Source: Pachysolen tannophilus NRRL Y-2460 (taxonomy: Eukaryota). From it: a stretch of 47,472 nt of DNA. Of the stretch, positions 44,037 through 47,472 are shown in pieces. The position numbers and the translations under genes are program-made. The stretch is from contig KV454016.1 of assembly GCA_001661245.1 (NCBI GenBank), forward strand, positions 557,381-604,852. Direction: 5' to 3'. Position 1 is the stretch's first letter. Each line of letters opens with the position of its first letter. Below the pieces are notes generated by a model. That model searched no databases. It was given only the letters and a program-made list of their open reading frames with translations, and had not been told where the DNA came from.

Positions 44037-45107
44037 TTATTTCAATGGGAGACCATGTTTTTTCTTGTAGTGTAAGATTTGTTGAACAGTGTCAACAACA
44101 CTTTTCTCCAAAGGAATGAATTGCACGCCTGTTAATTTAGCACTTTCACTGTTATCATAAGCTGGATAACTTTTAAGAGCATCCTCAGCAGCTTGTGGTG
44201 TACCTGTTGCAATTTTACCCTTTAATTCAGGGAAATCCTTATTAACAATGTTTAAAAAAGCTTGTTGTGAGAATTTCCCTTGAACTGGGAATAATCTTTT
44301 ATTTCCTAAATTTTTTTCAAAAGCCAATACATGAAACAATGCAACGTCTCTAACATCAACTGAAAGTAAACCATCTTTAGTGAATTTTGTAGGATCATCA
44401 GCACCATCACCAGGATTAGTTTTCAATACATCATTGATGAGTTCACAAGATGTATTTAATTTCCCACTTTGTAAAGCATCTTCAAATACTTGAGGACCAA
44501 AAATATAAGGTGGAAGTAAAGTTGTCAATTCAAAAGAAGGTTTTTCCTTTTCAACAAAATCCCAAGCTGCTTTTTCAGCTAAAGTCTTTGAAGCTATATA
44601 TGCAGCATGTTCATCAACTCTTGCTTGCTCCCAAGTAATTGGATTCCATGTCTTTTCAGTATGAATAAAACTTTGATCTGCAACCTTATCATAGTTAAGA
44701 ACAGAAGCAAATGACGATGTAATAATAACATTAGTAACCTGTGGTGCATACTTCTTAATAGCTTTTAAAACGTTAAGAGTACCTTCAACTGCAGGTTTAA
44801 GGTAAGCATCTTCAGGAGAAGTTTCAAACCCAAAACTAAAAGGACTAGCTGTATGAAGAACATACTTGATACCTTTATTTTGCTTTAAAACTTCATCAAA
44901 AGCTCCTTCCTCAGCAATATCTTTAACAATTTCAAATCTTAACGTAGCATTAGGATACTTGGTTTGAAATTGCTTCAAAATCTTATCACCTTTCTCCAGA
45001 CTTCTAACAGTACCAATTACCGGATAATTTTTCGATAATAAAACATCAACAACGTGTAAAGCAACAAATCCACTAGCACCTGTAACTAAAACTGTAGTAG
45101 CACTCAT
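44037..45107 (-). CDS. NADPH-dependent methylglyoxal/aldehyde reductase, GRE2/ARI1-like extended SDR
   Basis: VLVTGASGFVA, HTASPF, PAVEGT, TSSFAS, YIASKTLAEKAAWDF (YxxxK), VDVRDVA; ATG at 45107. Confidence 0.93.
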   Translation of the reverse strand: MSATTVLVTGASGFVALHVVDVLLSKNYPVIGTVRSLEKGDKILKQFQTKYPNATLRFEIVKDIAEEGAFDEVLKQNKGIKYVLHTASPFSFGFETSPEDAYLKPAVEGTLNVLKAIKKYAPQVTNVIITSSFASVLNYDKVADQSFIHTEKTWNPITWEQARVDEHAAYIASKTLAEKAAWDFVEKEKPSFELTTLLPPYIFGPQVFEDALQSGKLNTSCELINDVLKTNPGDGADDPTKFTKDGLLSVDVRDVALFHVLAFEKNLGNKRLFPVQGKFSQQAFLNIVNKDFPELKGKIATGTPQAAEDALKSYPAYDNSESAKLTGVQFIPLEKSVVDTVQQILHYKKKHGLPLK

Positions 45108-45614
45108 TTTTTTTTTTGGTTTTCTTCCTTCAATTGAATGATCAATATTAATACTAATAATAATAATAAGAATAATGAAATAATTATAATAAAATGAAAG
45201 AAGAAAAAAGAAAAGAATAGTAACTTGGTGGCTAGATGTCGTTTTTATATCTGCAGATGAGAGCAAGGAATAAACGTTTAAAATCCGTAAAAAATCCTCT
45301 TACCTTGCAGAATACAGCAAGATGACAAATAAAATTAAAAGCTTTAACAGGTTGATTTATTTTTTTTTACGATCGTCTTCCATCACTTCTAACCTTAAGA
45401 GACACCTCAAAGCATTTAGCGGCTTTTGAATTGTCGAATAAACGATGAATATTTGAAATGATACATTTTACACATACAAGTACTATTTACAACCTTATTG
45501 GGTGATAACTTATTAATTCTACTAATTTTTAATAATTTTCACTAGTTGTTAATGATGCAACAACAACAACAAAACAACTAAACAACAAAACAATTCTTTT
45601 TCACCATTTATTTT

Positions 45615-46365
45615 TCATGATTTACCAAATTTTGAAATAATTAAATTGTACAATTTTGGGAAGATGATATCTGATGTTTCTCCAGAGACTTTATGGAGGA
45701 TATTTTGATTTTCATAAAATTTTTTTAAAGGAGTAATTTCATTGTGATATTTTTGTAATCTTTGCTTAAATACTTGCAGATTATCATCAGGTCTTTTTGA
45801 TAAATTTTCACCTGTTATATCGTCTTTACCTGGGATTTTTGGAGGGTTATATTGAGTATTGTAAACTCTTCCAGAAGGAATATGCTAGAAAATTATTGTT
45901 AGTAATTATGATTTAAAGTGGAAAAAGGAAAAAGGAAAAAAAACTTACAACCCAACGATTTTCAACTCTTTGTAGTATAACATCTTCAGGAATATCCAAT
46001 TCTACAACTAAATTAATATTAACATTGTGTTTAGATAATCTATTATCCAATCCAATTGCCTGATTTAAAGTTCTAGGAAACCCATCTAATAACCAAGTTG
46101 CATTTGGAGAAAGCCAATTTTTATCAGATAATTCTTTATAAATTAAATCTAATATAATAGAATCTGGTAATAAATCTCCTTTTTCAATATACTTACTGGC
46201 TGTCTTACCAATTGAAGATTTAATTGAAATCTCTTTTCTTAATAAATCACCAGAAGAAATTGAGGTTAAAGTTGGAATCTTGGCCAATAATTTTGAAGTT
46301 TGTGTCCCTTTCCCAGAACCAGGAGCTCCTAAGAGTAATAACCTTAATGGCTTGGTTAATGACAT
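45615..46365 (-). CDS. ADK2: Mitochondrial GTP:AMP phosphotransferase (AK3); two exons (46365-45949, 45884-45615), 228 aa
   Basis: LLLLGAPGSGKGTQ, SSGDLLR, WLLDGFPRT; spliced RWV|HIPSGRVYN..NPPK.PGKDDITGE.L.KRPDD; C-terminal SGETSDIIFPKL. Confidence 0.95.
45885..45948 (-). other. ADK2 intron (64 nt)
   Basis: GTAAGT ... TACTAAC ... TAG, phase 0, restores the LID-domain sequence. Confidence 0.93.
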
Positions 46366-46628
46366 TTAATAAAAAAAAGAAAATCTAAAATAATATATGA
46401 TTTATGATTTATGATTTGATCATTACAACTTGTTTTCTCAAATATTTTATTTTTAATTTATTTTTCGGCACTTGTTCTACACCAAGAGTTTTTAACTAAA
46501 ACTTTTTTTTTAAAAAAAAAAAAAAATAAATAAAACACAAGAAATTTAATACAAATTAATTTCTAAAATCTAATGTAATTGAATTAAATTGAATTATTCT
46601 CTCTTTTTTTTATTAATTAATTGGAAAA

Positions 46629-47139
46629 TTAAATAACGTCTTCAGCATCTACACCACTTAATAATCCATTTTCACCTTGCATATTTTCTGGAGGTTCTAT
46701 ACTTGGTAAAAATTCTAAAATTGAATAACCAATACCTATTATTATTATAACAATACCAACACAAATTCTTAAAATATTTTCATGAGAAATTAATACACCT
46801 AAAAAAATATAAAAAATACCACGTCCAATAAATGAATAAAAGAAAGAACAATAATTATAAAATTGAGGCAGAACTTTAAATTCTAAGAACCCAATTGATA
46901 TACCTCCAGCTATTATAAATAAACCTAATAAAAAAGATTGAACTCCACTAAGTAATTGAGATACTCCACTTAATGTCTAATAATATAAAATAAAAAATGT
47001 TAATATATTAATTCAATTTTTTTCGTAAATTAAAACAATAATAAAATACTTAAATACTTACAGATAATATCCCAATAACTAAATTAACAATTTTGAAAAC
47101 TGGTGAAAAATCTTGACCTCTAACTTCTTCTAAATCCAT
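46629..47139 (-). CDS. TVP15: Golgi/COPI-associated membrane protein Tvp15; two exons (47139-47062, 46976-46629), 141 aa; absent from the ORF track
   Basis: Hand translation: MDLEEVRGQDFSPVFKIVNLVIGILS|TLSGVSQL...FLEFKV.PQFYNYCSFFYSFIGRGIFYIFLG...LEFLPSIEPPENM; SF..SF.GRG..Y is the COPI-associated family motif. Confidence 0.88.
46977..47061 (-). other. TVP15 intron (85 nt)
   Basis: GTAAGT donor, TATTAAC branch-like site (47005-46999), TAG acceptor, phase 0. Confidence 0.82.
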
Positions 47140-47472
47140 TTTAAAGAAAATCTTATATTTAATCAATCAATTATATATATATATAGAGAGATATATATAG
47201 ATAGATAGATGGATATATATAGATATATAACCCTGATTACGTTCAATTCCTTAGCTGGTCGTGTGTTTCTAAATTTCATTCAATATTTAATAAATTGTCC
47301 TTTTAATAAAAAAGAGTTAGTTTTTTTTAGTTACATTTTAAAACCTCTTTTTTTAATACAGTTGCAAAAAAATAGCTTTATAATAAAGATATATATATAA
47401 ACTCAAAAATAAAACTATGATAAAATTATTAGAAAAAAAAAAAAAAAAAAAAAAAATTTGACTAAAGATTAA

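Noticed and set aside
45108..45266. N-terminal extensions in the ORF track (GRE2-like, also ADD66, RPA12, ERS1, BIO2)
   Set aside because: They begin at TTG/GTG/ATT in AT-rich UTR sequence; family similarity starts at the downstream ATG.
47170..47230. (TA)n/(GATA)n tracts and the long poly-A near the window end
   Set aside because: Ordinary microsatellites in an AT-rich yeast promoter; no telomeric or spacer-repeat periodicity.
981..47400. Short ORF-track entries (60-141 aa) antisense to or overlapping real genes, or in poly-T/poly-A intergenic DNA (e.g. 3579-3773, 11824-12051, 23408-23632, 32379-32576, 47209-47400)
   Set aside because: Shadow frames or low-complexity Phe/Lys runs, often with non-ATG starts and no family motifs.

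Overview
AT-rich budding-yeast (Saccharomycotina) nuclear DNA, gene-dense, with no transposon ORF, rRNA or CRISPR array. It holds about 25 protein genes and one intron-containing tRNA-Lys(CTT). Gene order: YCF1/BPT1-type ABCC transporter (5'-truncated), SHY1, DAM1, tRNA-Lys, a divergent MRPL11/uL10-like ORF, GH125 mannosidase, NPA3, EMC3, ADD66/PAC2, SEN34, LIA1, RPA12, CCT5, BIO2, ARP3, TOR, YAE1 (frameshifted), WHI2, cystinosin/ERS1, MCY1-like cysteine synthase, PPS1, UTP18, COA3, GRE2-like reductase, ADK2, TVP15. In-frame CTG codons fall at positions that are Ala in homologues (SURF1 DLxAMA, ABCC IYAALG, ADK DDxAxVF). This points to the CUG=Ala code (NCBI table 26, Pachysolen-type yeasts), so the supplied translations are probably wrong at CTG. 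Six spliceosomal introns missed by the ORF track were reconstructed by hand, all with GTAAGT donors. Highlights: a 4-nt micro-exon in ARP3; a single-base frameshift at G-AAAAAA inside YAE1; an intron in COA3 flanked by an 8-bp direct repeat; a divergent cystinosin/cysteine-synthase pair with two Cbf1 sites and a GC-richer hairpin/uORF island; and a repeat/palindrome module in the YAE1-WHI2 promoter. All homology calls rest on remembered family motifs; no searches were run.
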